The notes below the pieces were generated by a model. That model saw only the letters and a list, made by a program, of their open reading frames with translations. It had not been told where the DNA came from and searched no databases. Both the position numbers and the translations under genes were made by a program. Positions 1 through 10,219 of a DNA stretch of 64,000 nt are shown in pieces. Source of the DNA: Bacteroidota bacterium (GTDB lineage: Bacteria; Bacteroidota; Bacteroidia; UKL13-3); NCBI GenBank assembly GCA_947507965.1, contig CANNQU010000005.1, forward strand, positions 22,884 to 86,883. The letters are read 5' to 3'. The first letter of the stretch is position 1. Each line of letters starts with the position of its first letter.

Positions 1-204
1 ATAACTATTCCATGGATTAGGGTGCGGTGAACTATATTGTTCAGGCGTTAAGAGTTCTTTCGAGTTTCGCTTTTGAAATTTCACATATTTACAACCGCAT
101 GATTTCGCCAGGTCAATTAATTCCAATGCGATGGAATAATTGCCCATATGGTTACAGCCAATCTCCGCAATTATTTTAGGCTCTTTATAATTAAATTTAA
201 ACAT
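1..204 (-). CDS. Partial (N-terminal ~67 aa; gene continues beyond window start) NeuB/PseI/LegI-family nonulosonic-acid (sialic/pseudaminic/legionaminic acid) synthase
   Basis: Reverse-strand translation from the ATG at 202-204 gives MFKFNYKEPKIIAEIGCNHMGNYSIALELIDLAKSCGCKYVKFQKR. The IIAEIG-NH-G ... AK-AG-D-VKFQ signature matches the N-terminus of NeuB-family synthases. The gene lies 3 bp downstream of the Wzz-like gene in the same orientation. Confidence 0.55.
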   Translation of the reverse strand, partial: MFKFNYKEPKIIAEIGCNHMGNYSIALELIDLAKSCGCKYVKFQKRNSKELLTPEQYSSPHPNPWNSY

Positions 205-207
205 AGC

Positions 208-1284
208 TTATGGTAATTGTTCGCCTTTACGCAAAAATACTTCTTTCTGTTGCTTTAGGAAATCCGACAAAAACTTTTGCAAAATGGTGATACTCAATAT
301 CAAAATTAATCCAATTAGAGAAACTATTAATGCCATCAATTTCCAATTTGAGGAAGCCGCATGGGGCAAAGGATATTTTGGGGTGTCGATAGCCTGAACT
401 ATCGGACTTTCATCAAGCAGGGTGAGTTTGGCCATCTCAAGCTGCCGTGAGCTTTCAATATACCCAGCACTTAGCATTGCGATATCTTGCCTAAACTTCG
501 CTTCTTCTGCACCTCCGGCAGCCTTTATTAATCGTTGGTTAGAATCTTTCCAGGCGGCAAAACTAAATTCTGTTTGACGTAAAGCCATCGCAAGTGAATC
601 TTGTTTATTTTGAAGGAAATCTACCGTTTCAATTCCTTTTACTTTTTTACGAGAAATATAAAAATCGCATAACGAACGAATCTGTTCCTCAACGATTAGT
701 TTCGCAAAATGCTCATTCGCATTTTTGTAAGTGAACGTCATCTTCCAGCTTTTCATGTCAATGTCAAACGATTCCTGACTCGAAATCATACCTACTAAAA
801 CGCCGATCACGCTATCCTGAAAGTCAACGAGTGCAGGATTTGGTTTCCTCTTAAATTTATAATCTTTAAGAATGGGATGATTACTCCACCCCATATCCAA
901 TGCCTCCACTCGGGCAAAATGATTTAAAATTAAATCATCTGTACCATTAAATGTTGCCGTACTTAGCAGCATGTTTTCAAGAATCCGACGAGACCCAAGT
1001 ATATAAACAATCAACTCTTTATTACTTGTTCCGCTCGAACTACTTGCTCCCAATACGCTGGAAAGTGAATTTATTCCTTTGTCGGAGTCGTACAGCATGA
1101 AGGTGCAGGTTGCTACATACTGAACCGGTTTCTTATTGAATTTAAAATAGAGGAAAGTGAGTGTGATAAAAGCAGTGCTAAGGGTAATTAGCATCCATTT
1201 TCTATCCCAAAGAACAGCAAATACATGCTTTACTCTAGCAATTGTGTCGTAGAAACTAGGTTCTTTTTTTTCAACTTCAACCAT
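208..1284 (-). CDS. Polysaccharide chain-length determinant / co-polymerase (Wzz/PCP family)
   Basis: 358 aa with one N-proximal TM (WMLITLSTAFITLTFLYF) and one C-terminal TM (LMALIVSLIGLILILSITIL) flanking a large soluble region, which is the PCP topology. It sits immediately downstream of the Wza-like exporter in a polysaccharide locus. Confidence 0.55.
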   Translation of the reverse strand: MVEVEKKEPSFYDTIARVKHVFAVLWDRKWMLITLSTAFITLTFLYFKFNKKPVQYVATCTFMLYDSDKGINSLSSVLGASSSSGTSNKELIVYILGSRRILENMLLSTATFNGTDDLILNHFARVEALDMGWSNHPILKDYKFKRKPNPALVDFQDSVIGVLVGMISSQESFDIDMKSWKMTFTYKNANEHFAKLIVEEQIRSLCDFYISRKKVKGIETVDFLQNKQDSLAMALRQTEFSFAAWKDSNQRLIKAAGGAEEAKFRQDIAMLSAGYIESSRQLEMAKLTLLDESPIVQAIDTPKYPLPHAASSNWKLMALIVSLIGLILILSITILQKFLSDFLKQQKEVFLRKGEQLP

Positions 1285-1296
1285 AACTGATGCCCT

Positions 1297-4200
1297 CTAT
1301 TTTAATGCCGTTTTTGCTAAGAGTACGATGGATAAAACCTGTGTAATTCTTTCCATGGCAGTTTTATAATAATCTTCTGCACTAGCAATTGAAATTCTAC
1401 CTTTCGCATTAGGGGTAAGCTGCAATATCTTCTTCTTCTGTTTTAACTTCACAATAGTATCTCGATTGATCTTTCTTTGATTTGGCTTTACAACGATTTT
1501 TGAGCCTAAAGAAACTTTCGGATAAATTTTAAACAAAAGAAAATCATAGGTCTTACGTACCTTACCATCAGCGGTAATCACAATCGTTTTACGTCGCATC
1601 GAATATTTAGAGAATCCGCCAGTAAAATTTCGGATATAGAACTTAGCGCTCCTTCCAAAAACATACGGGGCATTAATTTTATCTATTCGAAAGGTAGCTT
1701 CATCCATGGTATCACCCTGAAACCGTAAACTATTTTCAAATTTCAACGCGCCAGTAATAAATATCAGATCTGTCATTTTTGGAACAAAGATAGAATCGCC
1801 TTCCTCCATATAATAGTTATAGTGCGACCAAGGACGCTTCATGGCACGCTTTAAATTAAAATATACTTTACCTGGATTTTCATAGGTTCGAAACAAGGTA
1901 GAGCCTTTAACAAGACTATATTGGGTAACACCTCCTGCCCTTTTGATAACATCGGTAATGGTTGTACTCTTATCTCCAATAGCATAAACTCCTGGATAGG
2001 CTACTTCCCCACCTAAATACACATGACGCTGTTTAGAAAAACCTCTCCTGGTACGCACAAATATTTCATCAGAGGGCATAAGTACATATACTCCGGTTGT
2101 GGCGTTGATGAGCAGATTACGTTCAATATGAAACGTATCGACTTGATGTTTTACCGATTCAGGAACACCTGAGATGGTAGAAATGGTCATCACTCTTGAA
2201 ATTTCTATCCGACCATTCTCTGCCTCTTGGGTAAACCCTCCTGCCATTAACAGCACATCGCGTAGCGTTAAATTATATCCGAAGGGCATCGAACCGGGAG
2301 TTTTAACGGCTCCATAGATAGCGATTTTATAGTCCTGAAGAAATTCACGTTTATTTAAAACTCTTACCACATCTCCTTTTTGCAATAAAATATTATCGTC
2401 ACTTTGAGGAGCATCGAGTATACCTTGAAGGTTAAAACGAAGGTAGGAAAGTGAATAATCTTCACGATTTATTCGAGTTACATGAACGATCTCCTTCACA
2501 TATTCGTCAAGCTTTAACCCCCCTGCCATTAAAATCAAATCTGTAATTCTGGTATTCTCTGAAAATTCGAATGTGCCTGGCTTTCGAAGTGCTCCTTCAA
2601 TCGTAAATTGGTAGGTATCTTGAAAAGAAGAGAAATTAAACACCGTAAGTACATCTTTTTTAAAGAGTATGATATTCTCCGTACTAGAGGTATCTTCTAA
2701 AATTCGTTTTAGATTAACCGTTATCGACGTCTTTGATAAATCGTCGTTGGTTCGAAGAATAATTGCTTTGTCGAGATAGGCCTCGGGCTTTAGGTTGCCT
2801 GCTAAAAACAATAAATCACTTACCTTCAAAAGGTTGGCACTAGGAAATGTACCTGGTTTGCGAACCTCACCTAAAATCGTTACATTATACGGATTAAAGA
2901 AGTCGGTTTTGCCGTTTATATATACAATGTCCTTTTTATTAAGAATGATATTGTCGATGCTCTTCTCTAGATTTATTGCATTGCTTACGTTAAAAGGAAT
3001 ATAGGTCACTGTTAAATTCGGATTCGACCGCAGTACATAGCCTTTTTCAAGGTATGCATCAAGGTGCAATCCACCGGCATTTTTTACCAAATCAGAAATC
3101 TGCAAATTTTCCTTCCATTCGTATTCACCAGGAACTTCTACAGCCCCATGGATTGTAACTAAATTGTATTGTTTGGCGGTATAGTTTCTAAAATACACCT
3201 CGTCGCCAGTAAACAAACTAAAATCTTTATTAATGAGTTTTAAACTATCATAATTTACCGTGATATTAAGTATCTTATCTCCGGCCAATCGTTTCACCAA
3301 AACCGACTTTCCATACATACTGTTCGTTAGTCCACCGGCAAAAGATATCAAGCTATTTAACCCTTCGTATTTTTTAAGCTCAAATACGTTGGGCTTACGA
3401 ACAGCTCCCCCAATGCGAATCGTTTTTATTGCAACCGGAACAATTAGGTAATCATTATTCTGAAGAAATATCTCTTTGGATTTTACTGGATTGAAGAGGA
3501 TATCATAAGCATCCACGGTATCTATAATTTTACCATCACGCTTAATATAAATGTTACGAACCGAACCAATATCGGTTGGGCCACCTACTGCAACCAAGGC
3601 ATTAAATGCTGAGTTTATTGCAGGAATAACGTAGGATCCTGGTTTGAACACCTCTCCACTGATATGCACTAAAATAGTTCGGGCGTAGTTAAGGGTGATT
3701 GACACTCCCGAATTTTCGGTATTATAGGTAGAACCTAAACGTTGACTAATAACACGTTTTGCCTCCTCAAAGGTTAAACCTTTTAAAAATATTTTACCTA
3801 GCTCTTTCGCATAAATTGCGCCGTCTGACCCTACTTTATAAGTCCCTTTGAAATCGCTAAACCCATACACTTGTATTCCAAATTCATCTCCCGGACCTAT
3901 TGTGTAGTTCTCTGGCACTCGTGCATCATCGGCTTTTTGAAAAAATTTAAAATCTCCGTTTCTAAAAAACTCCTGACCATAAATTACGCCGGGCGGATAC
4001 TTCGGCGTAGTGGCATCCAAGTATGCCTTACGATAGTACTCCAAGCTATCCTTTTCCACGGTTTCTTTTTGTGAATTCCTTTGGCTTTCGGTATTCACTT
4101 CTGATCCCTCCTCTCTCCGATTTTCTTTCTTTATCCTATCTATTTTAGCTTTTTGTTCGGCTTTTTTTATTGAATCCTGCGTTAAATTATTAACTACACT

Positions 4201-4329
4201 ATCCAAATTATTACTTATAGAATCCGCCTCATTACTTTCCGTTTCTTGATTCTGAGCAAAAGAAGTAATGGAGATAAAAAGTATAAAAACAAAAAAAGCA
4301 AAGAGTTTTCGCATGAGTAAAAAAATCAT
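1297..4329 (-). CDS. Polysaccharide export outer-membrane protein (Wza/OPX-like) with multiple SLBB repeats
   Basis: 1010 aa with an N-terminal signal peptide. The N-terminal third is S/E/K-rich. The rest contains repeated soluble-ligand-binding-beta-grasp-like modules (recurring V-V-G-V/A-x-PG-Y... units) typical of the long Bacteroidota Wza homologs. It is adjacent to rfbA and the wzz-like gene. Confidence 0.65.
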   Translation of the reverse strand: MIFLLMRKLFAFFVFILFISITSFAQNQETESNEADSISNNLDSVVNNLTQDSIKKAEQKAKIDRIKKENRREEGSEVNTESQRNSQKETVEKDSLEYYRKAYLDATTPKYPPGVIYGQEFFRNGDFKFFQKADDARVPENYTIGPGDEFGIQVYGFSDFKGTYKVGSDGAIYAKELGKIFLKGLTFEEAKRVISQRLGSTYNTENSGVSITLNYARTILVHISGEVFKPGSYVIPAINSAFNALVAVGGPTDIGSVRNIYIKRDGKIIDTVDAYDILFNPVKSKEIFLQNNDYLIVPVAIKTIRIGGAVRKPNVFELKKYEGLNSLISFAGGLTNSMYGKSVLVKRLAGDKILNITVNYDSLKLINKDFSLFTGDEVYFRNYTAKQYNLVTIHGAVEVPGEYEWKENLQISDLVKNAGGLHLDAYLEKGYVLRSNPNLTVTYIPFNVSNAINLEKSIDNIILNKKDIVYINGKTDFFNPYNVTILGEVRKPGTFPSANLLKVSDLLFLAGNLKPEAYLDKAIILRTNDDLSKTSITVNLKRILEDTSSTENIILFKKDVLTVFNFSSFQDTYQFTIEGALRKPGTFEFSENTRITDLILMAGGLKLDEYVKEIVHVTRINREDYSLSYLRFNLQGILDAPQSDDNILLQKGDVVRVLNKREFLQDYKIAIYGAVKTPGSMPFGYNLTLRDVLLMAGGFTQEAENGRIEISRVMTISTISGVPESVKHQVDTFHIERNLLINATTGVYVLMPSDEIFVRTRRGFSKQRHVYLGGEVAYPGVYAIGDKSTTITDVIKRAGGVTQYSLVKGSTLFRTYENPGKVYFNLKRAMKRPWSHYNYYMEEGDSIFVPKMTDLIFITGALKFENSLRFQGDTMDEATFRIDKINAPYVFGRSAKFYIRNFTGGFSKYSMRRKTIVITADGKVRKTYDFLLFKIYPKVSLGSKIVVKPNQRKINRDTIVKLKQKKKILQLTPNAKGRISIASAEDYYKTAMERITQVLSIVLLAKTALK

Positions 4330-4364
4330 TAGCGCGCGAAGATACTAAAATAAGTGTTTTTCGT

Positions 4365-5225
4365 TTACTTTATTAAGTTAAGCAAATATACACCATAGCC
4401 ACTTTTTGTAAGTGGTTCGGCAATTTTTATAAGTTGTTCGCTTGTAATAAAACCTTTTCGATACGCTATTTCCTCGATACATCCAATTTTTAGCCCCTGC
4501 CTCTCTTCAATTACATGCACAAACTGGCTTGCCTGCATAAGGGAGGCAAAGGTACCCGTATCAAGCCAAGCGGTACCTCGTGAGAGTATCCCTACTTTTA
4601 ATTTACCTTGTTCCAGATAATGTTTATTTACATCCGTTATTTCGTATTCTCCACGCAAGCTTGGCTTTAAATTTTTGGCAATCTGAACGACTTCATTATC
4701 ATAAAAGTACAAGCCCGGCACGGCGTAATTACTTTTGGGTTGGCTTGGTTTTTCTTCGATACTTAACGCTTGATTAAATTCGTCAAAAGATACGACCCCA
4801 TAGCGTTCGGGGTCGCTTACATGATATGCAAAAACAATACCCCCATCGGGGTTGCTGCTCTGTTCTAGAAGTTCCTGTAAATTTGAACCAAAGAAAATAT
4901 TATCTCCTAAAATCAAACAAACCTTGTCTTTACCAATAAACTCTTCCCCTATTACAAAGGCCTGAGCCAGTCCATTCGGATTGGGCTGCTCGGCATATTC
5001 AAAGTGGCAACCGAGAGCCATTCCATCGCCTAATAACTTTTTAAAATGTGGTAAATCGTGGGGAGTAGAAATAATCAATATTTCCCTGATGCCAGCCATG
5101 AGCAGCACCGATAAAGGATAGTAGATCATGGGCTTGTCGTAAACCGGCATCATTTGTTTACTCATGGCAAGAGTGAGTGGATGTAGTCGCGTACCACTTC
5201 CGCCAGCTAATATTATTCCTTTCAT
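4365..5225 (-). CDS. rfbA: Glucose-1-phosphate thymidylyltransferase
   Basis: N-terminus [18 protein letters not shown] (G-x-G-T-R-L nucleotidyltransferase motif), 286 aa, with RmlA-like sequence throughout. Confidence 0.9.
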   Translation of the reverse strand: MKGIILAGGSGTRLHPLTLAMSKQMMPVYDKPMIYYPLSVLLMAGIREILIISTPHDLPHFKKLLGDGMALGCHFEYAEQPNPNGLAQAFVIGEEFIGKDKVCLILGDNIFFGSNLQELLEQSSNPDGGIVFAYHVSDPERYGVVSFDEFNQALSIEEKPSQPKSNYAVPGLYFYDNEVVQIAKNLKPSLRGEYEITDVNKHYLEQGKLKVGILSRGTAWLDTGTFASLMQASQFVHVIEERQGLKIGCIEEIAYRKGFITSEQLIKIAEPLTKSGYGVYLLNLIK

Positions 5226-5380
5226 TTACGGGATATTAAAGTGCAAATATAATTGGTGTAATCTAATGTGTGTAATAATTTGTTCATGGTTTCCAATTTA
5301 CGTGATGACGTGACGACCGCTACATTATATAAACTTCTCCTACGCCTGTTGGAAGGCCTATTCAGTTGCCCATTAGCAAC

Positions 5381-6217
5381 CTACTTAATCCAATACCGGC
5401 ATTCCGCATCCGAATAATTTAAGAAGTTCGTAATCTTATTATCTTGCCTAAATTCATCGGTAGCGCTACGGCAACCTTCATACGTGCCATAATCATCAAT
5501 GATTATGATTCCGTTAGGTACAACCTTAGAATACAAGTTTTCAAGGCAAATTTTCGTGGAGTGATATAAATCGGCATCCAACCGAAGCAATGCGATTTTG
5601 TTGATACCTGATGATGCGATTTTCACGGTATCTTGAAACCAGCCTTTATGAAAATGCAGATGACTGGTTGGGTACCCAATACTCGAAAAGAGCGCTTTGT
5701 TTTCTTCCAAGGTCCCTGGACCTCCAAATTTATCATAGATGCCATCAATGGGTTTCATCCTTCCTTTGAGTTCGATGCTTGGGTTACCTGTTACTTCCCT
5801 TACCTGATCCATAATAAACATTCCATCGACATTTGGATCTGGTTCGCAGATGTTATCAAAGGCATCGAAAAGATGAATTAATCGCCTCTCTTCACTATGT
5901 TTTAAATTAGCGAGCGCCATAAGTGCTGATGCCCCTCCTTTCCAAACACCACACTCTACCAAGGCGCCTTCCACACCCGTTTTTTCCAAGTAAATAACAT
6001 GCTCATAGAGCGTTGCCAAATTCCGATAATTCACCATGGAGTGCCGTCGAATTTTCTTTATCTGCTCATATTCCTCATCCCCGTATTCAAACTTCAGGCT
6101 TCTATCCAGATTGAAAAAGAAGGATGGCATTTGACTATAGGTATGCTTATTATGTTTCCTTATTTTTTCAACACGATATCCCATTTTTCTTATCAAAAAA
6201 CTTAAAAAATTTTTCAT
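5381..6217 (-). CDS. TylF/MycF-type (macrocin O-methyltransferase family) class I SAM-dependent sugar O-methyltransferase
   Basis: The LVECGVWKGGAS SAM-binding motif and D-x-D ...LLRLDADLYHST are characteristic of the TylF family. 278 aa, first gene of the polysaccharide operon. Confidence 0.6.
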   Translation of the reverse strand: MKNFLSFLIRKMGYRVEKIRKHNKHTYSQMPSFFFNLDRSLKFEYGDEEYEQIKKIRRHSMVNYRNLATLYEHVIYLEKTGVEGALVECGVWKGGASALMALANLKHSEERRLIHLFDAFDNICEPDPNVDGMFIMDQVREVTGNPSIELKGRMKPIDGIYDKFGGPGTLEENKALFSSIGYPTSHLHFHKGWFQDTVKIASSGINKIALLRLDADLYHSTKICLENLYSKVVPNGIIIIDDYGTYEGCRSATDEFRQDNKITNFLNYSDAECRYWIK

Positions 6218-6427
6218 TGATGGTATTTATTAGCAGGTAAAGGTTAACTATTTTCAGTGGAAAGCAACGCGCCAATTTCATGAGGCGAGATACAATAATA
6301 AGACAAATATTTTCTATACCCTGTGTTTTTAAAGATCAGGGAGGTGAAACTTTGAAAAAAACCTTGCGCCTAATTCTCTGCTAAATTCTTAAGTTGTATT
6401 TTCGCATCTCAATACTAGAAATATTTT

Positions 6428-7135
6428 ATGGGACGTGTATTTGAAAAACGTAAACATGTGATGTTTGCCCGTTTCGACAGAATGAGCAAAGGCTTTACCC
6501 GCATTGGTAAAGAAATTTCGATGGCTGTGAAGCAGAATGGCCCCTTGCCCGAAAACAACCCCAGGCTTCGTATCGCGATGCAGGCAGCCAAGGCTATAAA
6601 TATGCCCAAAGACCGGGTAGAGGCTGCAATCAAAAGGGCTTCAAGCAAAGACGAATCGGATTTGGAGGAAATTGCCTATCACGGAAAAGCCCCTCATGGA
6701 ATTGTGCTCATTATTGAATGTGCCACCAATAATACCACGCGAACCGTAAGTAACTTGCGTACCTTTTTTAACCGTGGCGGTGGAGAATTAGGTAAAATGG
6801 GTGCGAATGATTATTTTTTTGAGCATAAAGGGGTATTCCGAATAAAAGGAAGCGGTATTGATACGGATGAACTGGAGCTGGAAGGCATTGATTTTGGGCT
6901 TGATGAATTGATGGTTGATGGCGATGAACTACTTTTGTACACTAGCTTTAATGACTATGGCACGATGCAGAAGTTTATTGAAGATAAAAATTATACCATC
7001 GTGAGCGCCGAAAAACAACGCATACCGAACACCACCGTCGACCTCCAAGCGGAGCAAGCCAATGAAGTACTGGAACTCATTGAAAAAATAGAAGCCGACG
7101 ATGACATACAACATGTATATCATAATTTGGCTTAG
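6428..7135 (+). CDS. yebC: YebC/PmpR family DNA-binding transcriptional regulator
   Basis: MGRVFEKRKHVMFARFDRMSKGFTRIGKEI...HGKAPHGIVLIIECATNNTTRTVSNLR is the canonical YebC family sequence. 235 aa. Confidence 0.9.
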   Translation: MGRVFEKRKHVMFARFDRMSKGFTRIGKEISMAVKQNGPLPENNPRLRIAMQAAKAINMPKDRVEAAIKRASSKDESDLEEIAYHGKAPHGIVLIIECATNNTTRTVSNLRTFFNRGGGELGKMGANDYFFEHKGVFRIKGSGIDTDELELEGIDFGLDELMVDGDELLLYTSFNDYGTMQKFIEDKNYTIVSAEKQRIPNTTVDLQAEQANEVLELIEKIEADDDIQHVYHNLA

Positions 7136-7166
7136 CGAAGGATAAACAATTAATAAAATAACCGAA

Positions 7167-8159
7167 GTGGCTGATACCAATTTTGTAGACTATGTAAAGA
7201 TATGCTGCCGCAGCGGCAAAGGAGGTGCCGGTGCCATGCACTTTCACCGCGACAAGCACACGGCCTATGGTGGGCCCGACGGAGGTGATGGTGGACGTGG
7301 CGGCCATATCATATTGAAGGGGAATGCCCAGCTTTCAACCCTTTTGCATTTAAAATATCGTAAACATGTTCTAGGAAAAGATGGAAGCAACGGCCAGCCG
7401 GGCATGCGCAGCGGTTCGGATGGAGAAGATGATATTTTGGAAGTGCCCTTAGGCACCGTGGCTAAAGATGCAGAGAGTGGTGATGTGATTTTCGAAATTA
7501 CGGTAGATGGAGAAGAAAAGATATTAGCTCAAGGTGGTCGTGGAGGCATGGGAAACCATAATTTCAAATCGGCTACAAGGCAAACACCACGGTATGCACA
7601 ACCTGGAGAAGAAGGCAAAGAAGAATGGAAGATTATTGAACTAAAACTTTTGGCTGATGTTGGGCTAGTCGGTTTTCCGAATGCCGGAAAATCAACGTTG
7701 CTAAGCGTGGTTTCGGCTGCTAAACCAGAAATTGCCGACTATCCATTTACTACTTTGGTTCCTAATTTAGGAATTGTAAAATACCGAGACTTTAAAACTT
7801 TTGTAATGGCCGATATTCCTGGAATTATTGAAGGTGCTCATGCTGGAAAAGGCTTAGGAACCCGCTTCCTTCGACATATTGAACGTAACGCAACATTGCT
7901 TTTCTTAATCCCGTGTGATTCGAAAAACATTAAGGAGGAATATGAGATTTTATTGCGTGAGTTACAATTATATAATCGTGAGTTGATGGATAAGAAGCGT
8001 TTACTGGCGATTACAAAATGCGATATGATCGACGCTGAATTACAAAAGCTTATTGCTAAAGAAATACCCAAAGGCGTTCCTCATATTTTCATCTCCAGTG
8101 CCACCAATAAAGGCATCGTTCAACTTAAAGATAAATTATGGGAGATGATACATTCTTAA
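7167..8159 (+). CDS. obg: GTPase Obg
   Basis: Obg-fold glycine-rich N-terminus ([34 protein letters not shown]) followed by a G domain with GFPNAGKST (G1), DIPG and TKCD (G4). Confidence 0.9.
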   Translation: MADTNFVDYVKICCRSGKGGAGAMHFHRDKHTAYGGPDGGDGGRGGHIILKGNAQLSTLLHLKYRKHVLGKDGSNGQPGMRSGSDGEDDILEVPLGTVAKDAESGDVIFEITVDGEEKILAQGGRGGMGNHNFKSATRQTPRYAQPGEEGKEEWKIIELKLLADVGLVGFPNAGKSTLLSVVSAAKPEIADYPFTTLVPNLGIVKYRDFKTFVMADIPGIIEGAHAGKGLGTRFLRHIERNATLLFLIPCDSKNIKEEYEILLRELQLYNRELMDKKRLLAITKCDMIDAELQKLIAKEIPKGVPHIFISSATNKGIVQLKDKLWEMIHS

Positions 8160-8202
8160 AGAAGGCTGGGCATTATTTGAAATAAAGGCTCGTAAAGGAA
8201 TG

Positions 8203-8853
8203 TTATGATCGTAATTCTTGGTCGTTCTTACTCCAGGCGATAACGCCCATAATAGCGATTACCAGCAAAACGACATAAAGCAGCGAAAAAAGTTTGAGCT
8301 CCTTTTGGAAGTAGATAACGATAGCCGTGCTATTGACCACAATCCAACAAAACCAATTTTCTAATTTCTTCTCTGCTAAGAGCCATTGCCCAGCAATGCT
8401 TGTCACCATCACCAATGAATCGGAAATAGGAAAAGCTGTTTTAGCAGGAAAAAGTTTCGGTAGCCAGCTATTTAGATGAATCATAATATAGGATACCATA
8501 AGTGTTGAAATAAATACACCGATAACCCAATATATTCGTTCGACTCTCGTTAACCTAGTTACCGGCACATCGGATTCTACTCCATACGTTCTACTCCAAT
8601 ACCACCAACCATAGATACTTGTTATAAAAAAATAAATCTGTAAGATGCTATCTGCATATAATGCGCTTTGAAAAAAGACCAGGAAGGACAGCGTTATAGC
8701 TATAATAGCAACAGGCCAATTAAGGATATGCTTTTTCATGGCCAGCCATACGCATGCCAAAGTAAATATAGTAGCCAACAATTCCACCCAACTCATGGAA
8801 TAATCAAGCATTGTGATGGCAATATTATCGATGGAGAAGAAGGAGGTCATCAT
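8203..8853 (-). CDS. pnuC: Nicotinamide riboside/NMN transporter PnuC (start moved to internal ATG pair; longest ORF extends to 8913)
   Basis: The SFFSIDNIAI...NWPVAIIAITLSFLVFFQSALYADSILQIYFFITSIYGWWYW stretch aligns with the PnuC signature (…LYAD/SLLLQ…IYGWY-W). Multi-TM, ~216 aa from the MMTSFF start. Confidence 0.65.
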   Translation of the reverse strand: MMTSFFSIDNIAITMLDYSMSWVELLATIFTLACVWLAMKKHILNWPVAIIAITLSFLVFFQSALYADSILQIYFFITSIYGWWYWSRTYGVESDVPVTRLTRVERIYWVIGVFISTLMVSYIMIHLNSWLPKLFPAKTAFPISDSLVMVTSIAGQWLLAEKKLENWFCWIVVNSTAIVIYFQKELKLFSLLYVVLLVIAIMGVIAWSKNDQELRS

Positions 8854-8914
8854 GTGATTTGAACTTTGAATATTGTTGGAACCCGTGTTAAGGTTATCTT
8901 CTGATGATTCCAAT

Positions 8915-10192
8915 TTAACGGCTAAGGTCTTGCATTCGATGAGAGTCGATTTTAATAAATATAAATAGAAGAATGGTAAAACTTAGGGTTGCCGAACCAC
9001 CATAACTAATAAAAGGCAAGGGGATGCCGATAATCGGTAATAAACCCATGGCCATACCCATATTGATCAAAAAGTGAGAGAATAGGATACATGCTAAAGA
9101 ATAGCCATACACTCTGTTATATCGAGATCGCTGTCGTTCCGATAAATAAACAATTCGACTAATAAGTGCGATAAATAATGTGACCACCATAAACGAACCA
9201 ATCCAACCAAACTCTTCAGCTATTGTACAAAATATAAAATCGGTGCTTTGCTCAGGCACATATTTTCCTTTGGTAATGGAGCCTTCAAGGTAACCTTTGC
9301 CCGAGAAACCACCGGAGGAAATAGCCATTAGCGAATTATCCTTTTGATAATCAACCCCACTTTTATCTACCTCTAATCCAAATAAACTTAAGATACGCTT
9401 CTGTTGATGAGGCTGCAAGTGCTTTAGCACGTAGGTTGTACTAGAAACAATTCCCATGGCGCTTAGCCATACGAAGAAAATAATCCAGATAAGCTTTTTG
9501 TAGCCACGAAAAAGCAATAATATCAAACCTCCCAACGCGGTAAGTAAGGCATATAAAATAATCGTCTTTACCAGCAATGCTGCAATACCTAGCACCATAA
9601 TCGCTGCTCCAATAGCCAAAAACAATCCGTTTAAACCTTCCCGGTAAAAAACTAAACTAAAAAAAATAAAAACCAAAAATGTTCCCGTATCATTTTGAAT
9701 TAAGACGAGCAAAGCAGGTACCGCAATGATGGCAGCAGCCTTTATCAAATTATCTCGTTTAGTAAGTTTAAAATTGAAGGGGCTTAAAAACTTTGCCAAG
9801 GCAAGTGCTGTGGCAAACTTTGCGAATTCACTGGGTTGAATTTTGAACTCACCAATTTTAAACCAGGCCTGTGCCCCTTTCGTATGATCACCTAGCACCA
9901 ATACAGCGATGAGTAAAACAATTACGGCCGCATAAATAAAATATGAAAAACCAAAGAAGAAACGGTATTCTACCGTCATAATCATGAAGGCAACAAAAAC
10001 CGCCGAACCAATAAATAACATTTGTTTGCCATAGTTTTTTGTTAAATCAAAAACATAATTTGTACCGGTTAAATTATAGGTGGAAGAATACACAGCCATC
10101 CATCCCAAAATAGTAAGTGCAGCATAAATCAATATGGAAAACCAATCAATGTTTCGTCCGTCGGAGATGCTATTATTTCTGGTGTTCATCAA
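8915..10192 (-). CDS. SEDS-family peptidoglycan glycosyltransferase (RodA/FtsW)
   Basis: 425 aa polytopic membrane protein with the conserved SEDS block SGGFSGKGYLEG...PEQSTDFIFCTIAEEFGWIGS. It is not in a dcw cluster, so rodA-like is more likely than ftsW. Confidence 0.8.
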   Translation of the reverse strand: MMNTRNNSISDGRNIDWFSILIYAALTILGWMAVYSSTYNLTGTNYVFDLTKNYGKQMLFIGSAVFVAFMIMTVEYRFFFGFSYFIYAAVIVLLIAVLVLGDHTKGAQAWFKIGEFKIQPSEFAKFATALALAKFLSPFNFKLTKRDNLIKAAAIIAVPALLVLIQNDTGTFLVFIFFSLVFYREGLNGLFLAIGAAIMVLGIAALLVKTIILYALLTALGGLILLLFRGYKKLIWIIFFVWLSAMGIVSSTTYVLKHLQPHQQKRILSLFGLEVDKSGVDYQKDNSLMAISSGGFSGKGYLEGSITKGKYVPEQSTDFIFCTIAEEFGWIGSFMVVTLFIALISRIVYLSERQRSRYNRVYGYSLACILFSHFLINMGMAMGLLPIIGIPLPFISYGGSATLSFTILLFIFIKIDSHRMQDLSR

Positions 10193-10219
10193 TACGTGTC
10201 AATTCAACATGGTCAACCG

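Noticed and set aside
5226-5380. Direct repeat ACGTGA-TG-ACGTGA in the rfbA / methyltransferase intergenic region
   Set aside because: It is a short 6-bp direct repeat with a single occurrence and no dyad symmetry. It is probably chance.
6929-7456. Several 60-85-aa ORFs antisense to or overlapping yebC/obg (6929-7180, 7077-7307, 7265-7456)
   Set aside because: They lie entirely within or antisense to well-supported conserved genes. The Gly-rich Obg coding region produces Pro-rich antisense frames.
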